Positions 28,555 to 39,206 are shown, numbered from the stretch's first letter. The stretch is 64,000 nucleotides of DNA from an uncultured Gemmatimonadales bacterium (GCA_963730185.1 CAVSQW010000008.1:448001-512000); one strand, 5' to 3'. Program-made: numbers and translations. The notes: generated from the letters alone by a model not told the origin.

Positions 28555-30131
28555 GGGAACGTCTGGCCTCCGGTCGCCGGCTGTTGCGGTGCGGCCGTCG
28601 TACTGGTGGTGGGGGCGGTCGAGGCGCCGGCCTCGGTCGCCATGCTGCTGGCACCGGCCAACGGCAAATCGGGCAAGAGAGCCATCCTGACCCGGGCGAC
28701 CTGGAGATCGCGGGCCGCCCGGGCCCGGTTCACCTGGGCCTGCTGGAGCGCGATCCGGGCGTCGAGCAGCTCGGTCTGGGTGGAGATCCCCTCGCGGAAG
28801 CGGAGATCGGCGATCTGATAGGCCCGGTTGGCCTGCGCCTCGGTGCCCTCGCTCGCCACCCAGGCCGCTTCGGCGGCCCGGAGCTGGGCCAGCGAGTTCC
28901 GAGCGTCGAGCTGGGCGGCCTTGGCCGTCTGCTGCCGCTGGAGCCTGGCCTGGGCCAGCGCCGCCTTGGCGGCCACCCGGTCGCCGCTGATCCGGCCCCC
29001 GGTGAAGATCGGCACCTGCACCCCGAGGGAGAGACGCCAGTCGGTCACGAACTCGTTCCAGCTCGGCAGGCCCCGGGAGGGATACCCGATCCGGCTGTAT
29101 TGCGAGGTCAGTGAGATCGACGGGAAGCGCTGGGCCCGGGAGGCGGCGTCGAGACCCTCCTGCGCCCGGATTGCCTCACCGGCCTGCCGGACCGCCGCGC
29201 GATCCGTGGCTGCCGTGTCAGGCGTGGCCGACGCCGCTTCGGCCAGGGTCGGTGTCGAGGCAAACGAGGTATCACCCAGCTCGGTCGTCAGCGCGAGCGG
29301 CCGATCCAGCGGAAGGTCGAGCAGCTGCTTGAGGCGGACGTCGGCCAGATCGCGCTGCGCCTCGGCCTGGATCAGCTGGGTGCGCTGATTGTCGCGGGCC
29401 ACCCGGGCTCGCAGCACGTCGAACTCGGGGGCGTTGCCCACCTGCTCGCGGAGCTGGGTCTGGTGCAGGGTCGTGTCGGCCTGACTCAGGGTGGCCTGGG
29501 AGATCGTGGCGAGCCGGCTGGTCAGGGCGGCGTCGTAGTACGCCTCGACCACGTCGAGGATGAGCTTCGCCTCGGCCGAGGTCACGCCGATCTCGGCGCT
29601 CCTCCGGGCCGCGTCGGCCGCCTTCATCCGGCCGAAGATCTGTCCGCCGTCGAACAGGACCTGCGACCCCGAGAGGCCGAGGTTGTAGGTGTTCTTGCGG
29701 CCAAAGGGCAGCCGACTGAACCCGGCGAAGGGATTGACCGTCGTGGTGCACTCGACCGCCTGCTCGAGCGCCGCCAGCCGTTGGTCGAGCGGCGTGTTCG
29801 GATCGGGCGTGAAGGCATCGCACGAGGCGGGTGCCGTCACGGTGCTCGTGTCGGGCGTCGAGCTGCTCAGCACGTTGTCGAACTGCGACTTGATCTGCCG
29901 GGTGTAGGACGCCGATCCCGTGATCTGGGGGAAGAGGGCGCTTCGGGCCTGCATCAGCTGACCGCGGCTCCGTTCGACGGCCACCCGGGCCAGGGCGACG
30001 GCCTCGCTGGCCGGATGGGCCAACGCCAGCGCCTCCTCCAGCGACAGCGGTCGGGCCGATTCCGGGGTTTGGGCCTGGGTCGGGACCGCGACCAGCGCCA
30101 GCAGCAGGGCTGTCCACAGTCGCCGGATCAC
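28551..30131 (-). CDS. TolC-family outer membrane efflux protein
   Basis: GTG start overlapping the TetR stop; LSLEEALALA, VPIFTGG and RFREGISTQTELLDAR. Confidence 0.9.
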   Translation of the reverse strand: MIRRLWTALLLALVAVPTQAQTPESARPLSLEEALALAHPASEAVALARVAVERSRGQLMQARSALFPQITGSASYTRQIKSQFDNVLSSSTPDTSTVTAPASCDAFTPDPNTPLDQRLAALEQAVECTTTVNPFAGFSRLPFGRKNTYNLGLSGSQVLFDGGQIFGRMKAADAARRSAEIGVTSAEAKLILDVVEAYYDAALTSRLATISQATLSQADTTLHQTQLREQVGNAPEFDVLRARVARDNQRTQLIQAEAQRDLADVRLKQLLDLPLDRPLALTTELGDTSFASTPTLAEAASATPDTAATDRAAVRQAGEAIRAQEGLDAASRAQRFPSISLTSQYSRIGYPSRGLPSWNEFVTDWRLSLGVQVPIFTGGRISGDRVAAKAALAQARLQRQQTAKAAQLDARNSLAQLRAAEAAWVASEGTEAQANRAYQIADLRFREGISTQTELLDARIALQQAQVNRARAARDLQVARVRMALLPDLPLAGASSMATEAGASTAPTTSTTAAPQQPATGGQTFP

Positions 30132-30709
30132 TGGGGCGCCTCCTCGAGGCCCAGAGCTCGGACAAACAGTTCCACGTAACGCTCCACCGAGGTTTCGGGT
30201 GGGTCGGAATACATCTGCGAGAGCACGTCCCGGCTCATCGCGTCGGCGAACAGCGTTCCCATGAACATCGTCACCGCAGCGGCGAGGGGGACGTCGTCGC
30301 GGATCCGTCCGGCGGCCTTCAGCTCGCGGAGGTAGCGGATCAACTCCTGACCCGCGCAGACCGTCGGGGTCTGCTCCGGCGGCATCAGGTCGGGGTGCTC
30401 CTCGATCTCGCCCATCGCGGTCCGGATCAGGGACCGGCGGGCGTAGAGTTCGCGGTGATTGAGGGTGGCCCATTCGGTCAGCTCGACCCGCGGGTTCTCA
30501 GGACGGGCGGGGAGCTGGCAAAGATTCGCGCTCGAGCCGGCGCACTTGAAGGCCTCGTGGAGGAGCCGCGTCTTCGAGCCGAAGTGCCGGAACAGCGTGG
30601 TTTCGTTTACCCCCGCACGCTCCGCGATCCGGCGGGTCGTGGCGCCCCGAAAGCCGGTCTCGGCGTAGAGCTCGGCGGCGGCGTGGAGGATTCGGTCGCG
30701 GACGTCCAT
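30128..30709 (-). CDS. TetR/AcrR-family transcriptional regulator
   Basis: RILHAAAELYAETGFRGATTRRIAERAGVNETTLFRHFGSK HTH. Confidence 0.93.
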   Translation of the reverse strand: MDVRDRILHAAAELYAETGFRGATTRRIAERAGVNETTLFRHFGSKTRLLHEAFKCAGSSANLCQLPARPENPRVELTEWATLNHRELYARRSLIRTAMGEIEEHPDLMPPEQTPTVCAGQELIRYLRELKAAGRIRDDVPLAAAVTMFMGTLFADAMSRDVLSQMYSDPPETSVERYVELFVRALGLEEAPQ

Positions 30710-30744
30710 AGGACCGGCAAGGATAAGGACCCTTCAAAATCGAT

Positions 30745-30760
30745 GCAAGCGGGTGCTTGC
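30745..30760. promoter_or_regulatory. Candidate TetR operator
   Basis: GCAAGC-GGGT-GCTTGC inverted repeat about 35 bp upstream of the tetR start. Confidence 0.55.
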
Positions 30761-30911
30761 TTCTCGACGGTAACACCGGCGTAACGAGCCCCTGATCTCA
30801 CCCGGTATTGCCCATGTAAACGATTGTGGGGCTGAGGCTTGTAGAGGTACAACGAAGCCGGCGACCGAGCCAGAGGGCCCGGTCGCCGGATCGGACTACC
30901 CAAAGACGCGA

Positions 30912-32222
30912 TCAGCCAGGGCGACGCCAGAAGAAGTAGACGGGTACGCCGAGGAGTGCTCCGCCAATGCCGATCGCGCCCCGAATCGGGGTCTGGATCG
31001 CGGTGTTGAGCACGATCGCGACCGCAGACAGGACAAAAAGGATGGGAGTGATCGGATAGCCGGGGACCTTGAAGGGCCGGGGCGTGTCGGGCTCCTTCCG
31101 ACGGTAGGCAATCACGCAGAGGCCGCCCAGACCGTAGAAGATCCAGCCGACGAACACCACGTAGGTGAGCAGGGTGTTGAAGGTCCCGCTCATGGCGAGC
31201 AGGAAGGCCCAGACGCTGACCGCGATAATCGAATTGGCGGGGGTGCCGAGGGTCGGGTGGACCTCGCCGAGGGCCTTGAAGAACACCCCGTCCCGGGCCA
31301 TGGCGTAGAACACTCGCGAGGCGGTGAGGAGGAGGCCGTGGGCCGCGCTGATCACCGAGACGAGGACCGGGATCGCGATCAGACGGGCGGCGGTCGGGCC
31401 GAACGAGGCCCCGACCGCGTCCGAGGCCACCGTGGTCGACACGGCCAGGCGGTCCGGGCCCAGCCCGGCGATGTAGCCGATGTTGGCGAGGACGTAGATC
31501 ACCACGATCGCGAGCGTGCCCAGGACCAATCCGCGGGGGAAGTTCCGCTGCGGGTCCTTGACCTCGCCGCCGACGAAGGTGGCGTACTGCCAGCCTTCGT
31601 AGGCCCAGAGGACACTGATCATCGCCGCCAGGCCGCCGGTGAGGACGGTCCCGTCGAACGAGGGCGGCCAGGCCACGGTGACTTCGGAAAATCCGTGGCC
31701 CACCACCGGGAGCACCACGATCAGCACCACCAAGGCCAAGGCTTTGAGGACCGTGGCCACCGTCAGCAAGCTGGCGCTCTGCCGGGTGCCTCGGACGTTG
31801 ATGACGGCCAGGCTGGCGATCACCACGAAGGCCACGACCTTCTTGCCGACCGCGCCTAACGGGATCAGCGCCGCCATGTTGTCGCCCGCCGCCACTCCGA
31901 GCGCGGCCATGCTGCCGCTCGCGATGACCAGGAACAGGGTCCAGCCGTAGAGGAAGGCGGGCAGGGGGCCGAAGGCATCGCGGATGTAGGCGTAGAGCCC
32001 GCCCGCGCCGGTCTTCATGCAGCCGAGCTCGGCGTAGGTCAAGGCGCCGAGGAGCGTGAGCAGCCCCCCGATGATCCAGACGGTGAGCGCCATCCCGGCG
32101 AACTTGCCGGAGCTGGCCATCACGCCGCCCGGGGTGAGGAAGATGCCCGATCCAATCACCGTGCCCATCGTGACAACGGCGATGTCCTTGGCGGTCAGCG
32201 TGCGCTTGAGATCGTCGCTCAT
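30912..32222 (-). CDS. APC-family amino acid permease
   Basis: IGSGIFLTPG, YAELG, GGLYAYIRDAFG, WAYEGWQ and RPFKVPGYP. Confidence 0.92.
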   Translation of the reverse strand: MSDDLKRTLTAKDIAVVTMGTVIGSGIFLTPGGVMASSGKFAGMALTVWIIGGLLTLLGALTYAELGCMKTGAGGLYAYIRDAFGPLPAFLYGWTLFLVIASGSMAALGVAAGDNMAALIPLGAVGKKVVAFVVIASLAVINVRGTRQSASLLTVATVLKALALVVLIVVLPVVGHGFSEVTVAWPPSFDGTVLTGGLAAMISVLWAYEGWQYATFVGGEVKDPQRNFPRGLVLGTLAIVVIYVLANIGYIAGLGPDRLAVSTTVASDAVGASFGPTAARLIAIPVLVSVISAAHGLLLTASRVFYAMARDGVFFKALGEVHPTLGTPANSIIAVSVWAFLLAMSGTFNTLLTYVVFVGWIFYGLGGLCVIAYRRKEPDTPRPFKVPGYPITPILFVLSAVAIVLNTAIQTPIRGAIGIGGALLGVPVYFFWRRPG

Positions 32223-32312
32223 GTGGCTCTGGGCGTGAGGGGAGGACGCCGGAAAGGCGAAGAGGACAGGGTTGGCAGGGTCAGGAACTCTGGAGGGGGG
32301 CCGGGATCGGGC

Positions 32313-33035
32313 TCACCACTTGCCCCGATCGCCGACCCGCTCGATCACCCGGCCGAGTCGTTCGGCCGCGTTATGCCAGTTGCGCTGGACGGCCTCCATG
32401 GCCGCGTCGCCGTCGCCCCGCTCGATGGCGCCGATGATCTCGTCGTGCTCCTCGACCGAGGTCATGATCTCGCCGGCCAGGAAGCTGACGTAGAGGCGCT
32501 CGTACCGCTCGGCCTGCGGCTTGACCGAATCGTGGAGCCCCTTGAGCCGGGCGCCGGCCGCCACCTCGACGTAGCGCTTGTGGAACCGCTCGTCGAGGTC
32601 CCAGAGCCGGTTGTGGTCGGGCCGGCCTGACGAGGCGGTCTTGCGGAAGTCGCTGTTGATGGCGGTGAGCTCCTTGACCAGCGCCTGGCGCCGGACCCCG
32701 GGCAGCCGGGCCGCCTGTCGCGCCGCCAGGCCCTCCAGCTCGCCGACGATGTCGAAGAGCTCCTCGGCATCGTCGCCCGTGAGCGGCGCCACCGTGGGGC
32801 GGCTCTGCCGCATCGAGGGCGAGTCGACGATGTAGCCCTCCTGCTGGAGCCGCTGCAGCGCGCCGCGCACCGGCGTTCGGCTGACGTTGAACCGGGCGGC
32901 GATGTCGGTCTCGACCAACCGACTGCCCGGCGCCAGCCGACCGTGCACGATCAGCTGACGCAACTGCTCATAGACCTGCTTGGGCCGGTCGCTCCGAGCC
33001 CGGCTCCGGGTCGCGCCGGGACGGCGCGCGGTCAT
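32313..33035 (-). CDS. GntR-family regulator (FCD effector domain)
   Basis: LAPGSRLVETDIAARFNVSRTPVRGAL wHTH; DERFH and EEHDEII FCD motifs; ATGA overlap with the upstream gene. Confidence 0.92.
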   Translation of the reverse strand: MTARRPGATRSRARSDRPKQVYEQLRQLIVHGRLAPGSRLVETDIAARFNVSRTPVRGALQRLQQEGYIVDSPSMRQSRPTVAPLTGDDAEELFDIVGELEGLAARQAARLPGVRRQALVKELTAINSDFRKTASSGRPDHNRLWDLDERFHKRYVEVAAGARLKGLHDSVKPQAERYERLYVSFLAGEIMTSVEEHDEIIGAIERGDGDAAMEAVQRNWHNAAERLGRVIERVGDRGKW

Positions 33036-34759
33036 GGCTCCCTCCAGGCCGGACCCCGTACCAGCCGCCCCGGTTTGGCGCCGGTGTGCTTGCTGTCGCT
33101 GACCACGGCCGTGCCGTTGACGAACACCTGCTCGATGCCGACCGACAACTGGTGCGGCTTTTCGTACGTCGCCTTGTCGATCACCGTCTCGGGGTTGATC
33201 ACGATCACGTCGGCATAGGCGCCCGGACGGAGAGTGCCACGATCGCGGATGGAGAGCCGGTTGGCCACCGCGGAGGTGCCTTTCCGGATCGCCTCCTCCC
33301 AGCTGAGCACATGCTGCTCGCGGACGTAGCGGCCCAGGAGCCGGGGGTAGTTCCCGTAGGCCCGGGGGTGAGCCAAGAGTCCCAGCGCGCTGTCCGGATC
33401 CATGCCGTTGGCGTCGGTTCCCCACTTCATCCACGGCTGCTGCATCTGGAGCGGGAGATTGGCCTCGGTCATCATGTGGAAGATCGCCCCTACCTGTCCC
33501 TTCTCCGCCAGGACGATATCGAACAGCGCGTCGGCCCAATGCTTGCCCATCGCCTTGGCGATCTGTGAGAGTCGCTGGCCCTCGTACTTCATCAGGCTCG
33601 GGTCGGTCAGACCTACGACCTGGACCCCCTCCGGGCCCATCAGTTCGCAGAGCCCCTCCGAGTTGGCCTGGGGCTTGAGCATCTCCGCCTTGATCTTGGC
33701 CCGGGTCGCCGGATCCTTGAGGCGGTCGAGCAGTTTGCCGTCGGCTGAGGCCCAGGGCGGTGTGCATGCCGCCAGGGAGGTGCCGCCGGCGGTATAGAGG
33801 TACATGTCCGCCGCCACGTCCTGGCCGGCCGCCCGGGCCGAGTCGACCTTCGCGATGGCCAGCGGGATCTTGTTCCAGTTTCGGGGGCCCCCTGCCTTGA
33901 AGTGATAGATCTCGACCGGCACCCCGCCCTCGCGCCCGATGCGGAGCGCTTCGTCGATCGCTTCGAGGAGTCGATCGGCTTCGGAGCGCATGTGGGTGAT
34001 GTAGACGCCACCGAGCGGCGACATCGCCTTGGCTTCCTCGATCAGTTCGTCGGTCGAGGCGTAGCTGTCGGGCGGATAGATCAGGGCCGACGCCAGCCCG
34101 AACGCCCCGTCTTCCATCGCGTTCTTGACCACGGTGCGCATCGTGTCCAGCTCGGCCGGGGTGGCGGGCCCTTCGATCTCACCCTTGGCGTAGACCCGGA
34201 CCGTGCCGGCGCCCAGGAAGGAGCCGGCGTTCTGGGACATGCCGTGCTTCTCCATGGTCTCGAGCCAGGTCTTGAACCCGTGCTGGCCTCGGAACGTGTC
34301 CATCGCTTTCCGGAATACCGAGTCGTATCCGGCCGCGGCGGCCATGAGATGGTCGTTCACCGGCGCCGGCGTGCTGCCCTCGCCGAGGATGGCCGTGGTG
34401 ATGCCTTGAGTGACGCTGCTGACCACCCGGCCGTCCCCCACCGTGAAGGCCTGGACCGACTGCGCCTGGATGTCGATGAAGCCCGGCGCCACGATCTTGC
34501 CGGTGGCGTCGATGCGCCGGCCGGCCTGCGCGTTGGCCAGCATTCCCGGTGGCGTGATCCGGGCGATGCGTTGGCCTCGGATCCCAAGGTCGCCGTAGTA
34601 CCAGGGGTTGCCGGTGCCGTCGATGACCCTGCCACCACTGATGATGACGTCGTAGTTGGGGCCGTCGTCGGACGGCGCGCCAGGGGGAGGGCTGGGCGGC
34701 TGGCAGGCCGCGGCCAGCAGGGCGACAGCGAGCGAGGCAATCGACAAGCGATCGGCCAT
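33032..34759 (-). CDS. N-acyl-D-amino-acid deacylase family amidohydrolase, lipoprotein
   Basis: LAAAC lipobox; YDVIISGGRVIDGTG, APGFID, YITHMRSE, HPRAYGNYPR and ADVIVI. Confidence 0.88.
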   Translation of the reverse strand: MADRLSIASLAVALLAAACQPPSPPPGAPSDDGPNYDVIISGGRVIDGTGNPWYYGDLGIRGQRIARITPPGMLANAQAGRRIDATGKIVAPGFIDIQAQSVQAFTVGDGRVVSSVTQGITTAILGEGSTPAPVNDHLMAAAAGYDSVFRKAMDTFRGQHGFKTWLETMEKHGMSQNAGSFLGAGTVRVYAKGEIEGPATPAELDTMRTVVKNAMEDGAFGLASALIYPPDSYASTDELIEEAKAMSPLGGVYITHMRSEADRLLEAIDEALRIGREGGVPVEIYHFKAGGPRNWNKIPLAIAKVDSARAAGQDVAADMYLYTAGGTSLAACTPPWASADGKLLDRLKDPATRAKIKAEMLKPQANSEGLCELMGPEGVQVVGLTDPSLMKYEGQRLSQIAKAMGKHWADALFDIVLAEKGQVGAIFHMMTEANLPLQMQQPWMKWGTDANGMDPDSALGLLAHPRAYGNYPRLLGRYVREQHVLSWEEAIRKGTSAVANRLSIRDRGTLRPGAYADVIVINPETVIDKATYEKPHQLSVGIEQVFVNGTAVVSDSKHTGAKPGRLVRGPAWREP

Positions 34760-34835
34760 GAGTCGGTTTCTCGAGTGACGGAATCGGTGTGCCGGGGCGT
34801 CTCGGTCAGTCTGGAGGGCCCCAGAGAGGAATAGT

Positions 34836-34847
34836 TTTGTATACAAA
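34836..34847. promoter_or_regulatory. GntR-type operator palindrome
   Basis: Perfect TTTGTATACAAA palindrome in the divergent region upstream of the aminoacylase-gntR-permease operon. Confidence 0.7.
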
Positions 34848-34969
34848 TTACGGCTTGGACCGGCCGGCGGCAAGACTGGGAGCCTCTTTGCCCCCTATCC
34901 TTGACACCCGGGCTCCCGCCGGGAATCCTTGACCCTCGCGCTCCGACCCTCACCGCACCCCGAACCCGC

Positions 34970-37476
34970 GTGTTTCGAACCCTCGTCCGCCTCGTCGTCG
35001 GCTTGCTCGTTCTGGGCGCCACCCTGCTGCTGGGCACGCGGGGACTCGGCGCCGTGCCGCCGCTCGGACCGTTGCTCGATCCGGCCAACGGGGTCTGGGC
35101 GGTCGCCCGCGCGGCGGCCCCGCTTCGTTCCGGGAGTCTTCGACTCGCGGGGCTCGAGCAGCCGGTGGACGTCGCGGTGGATCGGCGGGGCGTGCCGCAC
35201 ATCTACGCCGCCACCGAGCTCGACGCCTACCGGGCCCTCGGCTATCTGGTGGCTCGGGACCGCCTCTTCCAGCTCGACCTCCAGACCCGGGCCGGCGCCG
35301 GCCGCTTGAGCGAGCTCCTCGGCCCCCGCCTGCTCGAGGCAGATAGACAGGCACGACGCCTCGGTTTCACGCGGCTGGTCGAGCGAACCATGGCGGGTCT
35401 GGACACGACCTCGGCGGGCTACCGGTCGGTGGTCGCGTACGGCGAGGGCATCAACGCCTGGATCGACGGGCTCCACGCCCGTGACCTGCCGCTCGAGTAC
35501 CGCCTGATTGGCGCGCGACCCGAGCGCTGGCAGGTCCGGAACACGTACTATCTGCTCGCGCAGGATGGCCCTCACCCTCGCGTTCAACGATCCGTCCCTG
35601 CTCAAGGCGGAGGCCGCGGCCCGGGTCGGGTGGCCGGCGGCCGAGGCGCTGTTCCCGGTCAACTCGCCGCTCCAGGACCCCATCCAGCCCGATCCGGTCG
35701 ACGGGCTTCGGAAAGCGTTTGCACCGGTGCCGGGACCGGGTCCCGCCGACAGCGCGACCCGGACCCTGGCGCAGGTCGCGACCGTAGCCCGGCGCGCCTT
35801 CGGAGTGGAGCCCCCCCGGGAGTTCGGAATGGCCCTGGGCAGCAACAACTGGGCGGTGAGTCCCGCGCGGAGCGCGTCCGGGCATGCCCTGCTCGCCGGG
35901 GACCCCCATCTCGAGCTCACCCTGCCGTCGATCTGGTATCAGGCGCACCTGGTCGTCGGCGATCGGCTCGACGTCCAGGGGGTGACCTTACCCGGCGCTC
36001 CCTGGGTGATCATCGGCTTCAACCGCGACATCGCCTGGTCGTTCACCAACACCGGGTCCGACGTCAACGACTTCTACCGCGAGGCCGTCGACGACCCTCG
36101 CGCCCCGACCCGCTACCGCCTTGACGGTGCCTGGCGGCCGCTCGACCTCCGGATCGAGGCGTTCCGTGGCCCCACCGGCGAGACCCTCGCCGTCGACACG
36201 CTTCGCTTCACCCATCGGGGTCCCCTCCTCCAGGTCGACTCCAGCTGGATGTCGATGGCCTGGACGATCTACGACGGGGCCACCAGCGAGGACCAGTTCA
36301 CTGCGGCCGACCGAGCCCGGAGTGTGGCCGAGTTCCTGGAGGCGATGAAGACCTACGAGGCGCCTGCCCAGAACATGCTGGTGGCCGACCGGCGGGGAAC
36401 GATCGCGATCCGGTCGACCGGTCGGTATCCGATCCGCCCGGGGGCGGGGCGGGGGGATTTGATCCAGGACGGCACCAGCTCGGCCGCGGACTGGACCGGG
36501 ATGCTGCCGCTCGAGTTCTATCCCTTCAGCCTGAACCCCGCCCGCGGGTTTCTCTCGTCGGCCAACCAGCAGCCGGTCGACCCTGAGGTGAATGCTCACT
36601 ACCTCGGGGCCAACTGGTACGGTCCCTGGCGCGCCCTTCGGATCAACGAGCTGCTTCGGGCCGACTCGGCGGTGACCGCGGACGAGATGCGCGGCTTCCA
36701 GACCGACGCTCGGAGTGCTCGGGCCGAGCTGTTCCTGCCCTATCTGCTGGGTCAGGGCCTCGATTCGGCCGCCCTCGTGGGGGCGCCGGACCAGGTTCGA
36801 GAGGCGCGACGGCTCCTCGGGGCGTGGGATCTCCGCTATGACCGGGACGACCGTCGGGCGGTCCTGTTCGAAGCGGTGATGCGCGAGCTCGTCCGCCGGA
36901 CCTGGGACGAGCTGGCCGATCCGACCGCCCCGGCCGACTCCGCCTACCCTCGCCCCCGCCCCGGAAGACTCCGTGCTGCTGGAGCTGCTCGACCAGCCCA
37001 CCAACCCGTGGTGGGACGACCGCCGAACGGCCGGGGTGATCGAGACTCGGGAGGCGATCGTCGACTCCGCCCTGGCCGCCGGCCTGGCCGCCGCCATCCG
37101 GGACCACGGGCCGAGTGACGGACCGGGGTGGCGCTGGGGAACGGCCCACCACGCCAACATCTACCATTTGCTCCGGCTGCCCGCGCTGTCGGCCCTGAAC
37201 CTTGAGGTCAACGGCGGGCCCAGTACGTTGAGCCCCTCGAGCGGGCGCGGGGTGGCCGGCCCCAGCTGGCGCATGGTGGTGGAGCTGGGTCCCGAGATCC
37301 GGGCCTGGGCCACCTACCCCGGCGGCCAATCCGGTAACCCGGCGAGCCCTCACTATCTCGACCGCCTCCCCGACTGGCTCGCGGGGCGGCTCGACACCGT
37401 GATCACGGCCCGACGGGCCGACCAATTCCCGGCCGGCGGGTTGGAGAGCCGCGTGCACTTCGTCCCGGGACGGTGA
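34970..37476 (+). CDS. Penicillin acylase family Ntn-hydrolase (two +1 indels, near 35563 and 36955)
   Basis: DRRGVPHIYA, RDRLFQLD, nucleophile GSNNWAV, GDPHL, SANQ and YPGGQSGNP. Three overlapping ORFs join into one protein of about 830 aa. Confidence 0.85.
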
Positions 37477-37817
37477 CCATGGCGCTGGTGCTTTGGCTGC
37501 TCGCCGCGGCCGCGGCCTTCGGGTACGGGACCCTCTGGTTGGGATGGTGGGTGGTACCCGTGCTCGGACTGGCTCTGGGCCGGCTCATTCCCCGGCGGTT
37601 CCGCCCCGTGATGGTGGTGCCGGCCGCGGCCGCCCTCGGGTGGGGGCTCCTGCTGGTCCGGGCCACCCTCGTCCCGGCGTTCGGGGCCCTGGAGCACCGC
37701 CTGTCCGCCTTGCTGCCGGCCTCGTCTGCGGCGCTGATCGGCGCCACCCTGGCGTTTCCCGCGCTCCTCGCCTGGGGCGCGGCCCTGCTGGCCCAGATCG
37801 GGCGCGATCCCGCCTGA
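37473..37817 (+). CDS. Small hydrophobic membrane protein
   Basis: Three to four TM segments; GTGA overlap with the acylase stop. Confidence 0.6.
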   Translation: MTMALVLWLLAAAAAFGYGTLWLGWWVVPVLGLALGRLIPRRFRPVMVVPAAAALGWGLLLVRATLVPAFGALEHRLSALLPASSAALIGATLAFPALLAWGAALLAQIGRDPA

Positions 37818-37860
37818 TCGTTACCGCAGCTCAACCCTCGTCGTTGCCCGGAGGAATCGC

Positions 37861-38763
37861 ATGCGCCGACCCCTCGTGTCGCTCGTCCTGACCCTGACCG
37901 TAGCGGCGCCGCTCGCGGCGCAGGGTGGGCAAGACACCGTGAAGATCCGGACCGTGCCGGTGGCGGGCGGAGTTTACCTGCTGATGGGGCAGGGCGGGAA
38001 CATCGGGGTCTCCACCGGCGAGGACGCCGTCTTCCTCGTCGACGACCAGTACGCCCCGTTGGCCGATCGGATCGTGGCGGCGGTTCGGGCCGTCAGCCCC
38101 GAGCCGATCAAGTTTCTGGTGAACACGCACTGGCACGGCGACCATACCGGTGGCAACGAGCACTTCGGCGCGTCGGGCGTCGTGATCGTGGCGCACGACA
38201 ACGTCCGCCATCGAATGAGCGTGGAGCAGTTCCTGGCTCGGTTCAATCAGAAGGTGCCGCCGTCGCCGAAGGCGGCCCTGCCGGTCATCACCTTCAACGA
38301 TCAGGTGACGTTCCACCTGAACGGCGACGACATCCACGTGATCCACGTTCCCAGCGCCCACACCGACGGCGACGCCATGGTGCGTTGGACCCGTGCCAAT
38401 GTGCTCCACACCGGCGACGTGTTCTTCAACGGCGGCTATCCCTTCGTGGATCTGTCGAGCGGGGGCTCGGTCGACGGAATGATCGAGGCGGTGAAGGTGG
38501 CCTTGGGGTTGGTCGACGATCAGACCCGGATCATTCCGGGGCATGGCCAGCTCGGCGGCAAGGCCGACCTGGTGGCCTACCGGGACATGCTGGTCGCGAC
38601 CCGTGACGCGGTCAAGCGGCTGGTGGATCGAGGGCAGTCCCGTGAGGCCGTGCTCGCCGCCAAGCCGACGGCCCGATGGGACGCCGAGTGGGGCCACGGA
38701 TTCATCAAGCCGGACGACTGGGTCGGGACGATCTACGACAGCTTGACGGGCGCCCAACAGTAG
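37861..38763 (+). CDS. Secreted MBL-fold metallo-hydrolase (cyclase-like subgroup)
   Basis: Signal peptide; NTHWHGDHTGGN, AHTDGD, HTGD and IIPGHG. Confidence 0.88.
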   Translation: MRRPLVSLVLTLTVAAPLAAQGGQDTVKIRTVPVAGGVYLLMGQGGNIGVSTGEDAVFLVDDQYAPLADRIVAAVRAVSPEPIKFLVNTHWHGDHTGGNEHFGASGVVIVAHDNVRHRMSVEQFLARFNQKVPPSPKAALPVITFNDQVTFHLNGDDIHVIHVPSAHTDGDAMVRWTRANVLHTGDVFFNGGYPFVDLSSGGSVDGMIEAVKVALGLVDDQTRIIPGHGQLGGKADLVAYRDMLVATRDAVKRLVDRGQSREAVLAAKPTARWDAEWGHGFIKPDDWVGTIYDSLTGAQQ

Positions 38764-38792
38764 ATCGCCCCGCTCGGCCGAGCGCTGGGGAC

Positions 38793-39206
38793 CTATTGGG
38801 CTCGGGTCTTGACCAGAATCGCGCCGCCGTCGTAGCCGGTCCCGAAACGAATGCTCGCGTCGGTCGCGCTGAAGTAGCTGATCTCCTCGATCGCCAGCAC
38901 CGGGACCTGCCGGAGCGCGTCCAGCTCACCTCGCGGAACGCCGTCGACCAGGACCCGCGGATAGGGCGTGGTCCGGCCGGTCCCTCCGAGCGAGGTGGCG
39001 CCCCGGGCCCGCAGGAACTGGGGCCGGAGCCGCTGAACCACCTCGTAGGCGTTGTTGGTCTCGTTGACGATCTTCGCGATCTCCGCACGGACGATCACGT
39101 TCGGCTGCCGCTTGAACTTCTTCGCGGGCGCCGAATCCTGATTCTGAGCCCAGAGCGAACCTGGCAAGAGCAGGGCTCCGAGGGCGAACAGGGCAAGGAT
39201 TCTCAC
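38793..39206 (-). CDS. Stand-alone TonB-dependent-receptor plug-like protein
   Basis: Signal peptide; NAYEVVQRLRPQFL, VLVDG and IEEISYFSATDASIRFGTGYDGGAILVKTR; no beta-barrel. Confidence 0.75.
   Translation of the reverse strand: MRILALFALGALLLPGSLWAQNQDSAPAKKFKRQPNVIVRAEIAKIVNETNNAYEVVQRLRPQFLRARGATSLGGTGRTTPYPRVLVDGVPRGELDALRQVPVLAIEEISYFSATDASIRFGTGYDGGAILVKTRAQ

Noticed and set aside
34970..37476. Programmed frameshifting or pseudogenisation of the acylase (also at about 7760 and 11700)
   Set aside because: The single-base indels fall in short G/C runs, with no slippery heptamer and intact catalytic motifs. The window-wide pattern fits sequencing error.
37861..38763. Metallo-beta-lactamase resistance gene
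   Set aside because: The motifs fit the broad cyclase-like MBL-fold hydrolases. There is no mobile context and activity cannot be inferred from sequence.
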